This document shows positions 33,426 to 33,624 of a stretch of DNA of 33,624 nucleotides, piece after piece. Below the pieces are notes generated by a model. It was not told the DNA's origin and made no database searches. It worked only from the letters and a program-made list of their open reading frames with translations. The first letter of the stretch is position 1; each line of letters opens with the position of its first letter. The DNA is from Bacilli bacterium (lineage in GTDB: Bacteria > Bacillota_I > Bacilli_A > RF39 > UBA660): NCBI GenBank assembly GCA_017461465.1, contig JAFTYN010000143.1, forward strand, positions 1 through 33,624, written 5' to 3'. The translations under genes and the position numbers were made by a program.

Positions 33426-33624
33426 AGTAACCGTAAGAGTAAGTGGTAGAAAAATAGAAAGATTTATTAAAAGATTATTAGATAACAAAATTTATATAGA
33501 AAATTTAAGAAAAATTGGTAAAGATGAAATTTTAGTAGATATTAATCTAAATGAATATAAAAAAGTTAAAAAAATCAAAAGTATATATAAAATTAGAATA
33601 ATAAAACACAAAGGATTAAAAAGC
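33415..33624 (+). CDS. yqfD: Sporulation protein YqfD (stage IV), 5' partial, running off the window
   Basis: The frame is open from TTG at 33415 to the window end and reads (L)INKVTVRVSGRKIERFIKRLLDNKIYIENLRKIGKDEILVDINLNEYKKVKKI. This matches the YqfD N-terminal pattern and overlaps the yqfC stop. Confidence 0.65.
   Translation, partial: MINKVTVRVSGRKIERFIKRLLDNKIYIENLRKIGKDEILVDINLNEYKKVKKIKSIYKIRIIKHKGLKS

Noticed and set aside
1-33624. Search by eye for a CRISPR array, tRNA or rRNA genes, IS elements, integrases, prophage blocks or known defence-system gene sets.
   Set aside because: I found no direct-repeat/spacer periodicity, tRNA-like T-arm motifs in intergenic DNA, transposase or recombinase motifs, or terminal inverted repeats. 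Intergenic regions are short and accounted for by promoters, terminators and two T-box leaders.

Overview
This is AT-rich (well under 35% GC by eye) chromosomal core DNA from an endospore-forming Firmicute, Clostridia- or Erysipelotrichia-like. Almost all genes are on the + strand. Housekeeping genes I recognise:
- rny
- a compacted rimP-nusA-ylxR-infB cluster, then rbfA
- a Tyr T-box leader in front of a HAD hydrolase-deoC-tyrS operon
- lonA
- gltX
- a Phe T-box leader in front of pheS-pheT

Sporulation genes are spoVID-like/ysxE-like, an intact pro-sigK (minus strand), yqfC and the 5' end of yqfD. Lineage-specific genes sit between these blocks:
- a 366-aa unknown, bracketed by terminators, between infB and rbfA
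- two GT2 glycosyltransferases
- a lon-coupled unknown
- a lipoprotein
- two overlapping unknowns upstream of gltX
- an HExxH-motif unknown
- a 1322-aa protein (18942..22910), the most unusual feature. It has a pilin-like N-terminal anchor, about 35 BspA-type leucine-rich repeats and a C-terminal polyglycine-rich domain resembling the ALK/LTK glycine-rich domain family.

I saw no tRNA or rRNA genes, CRISPR array, transposase, integrase or obvious prophage or defence cassette. All calls rest on reading motifs in the supplied translations and DNA by eye. No database search was run.
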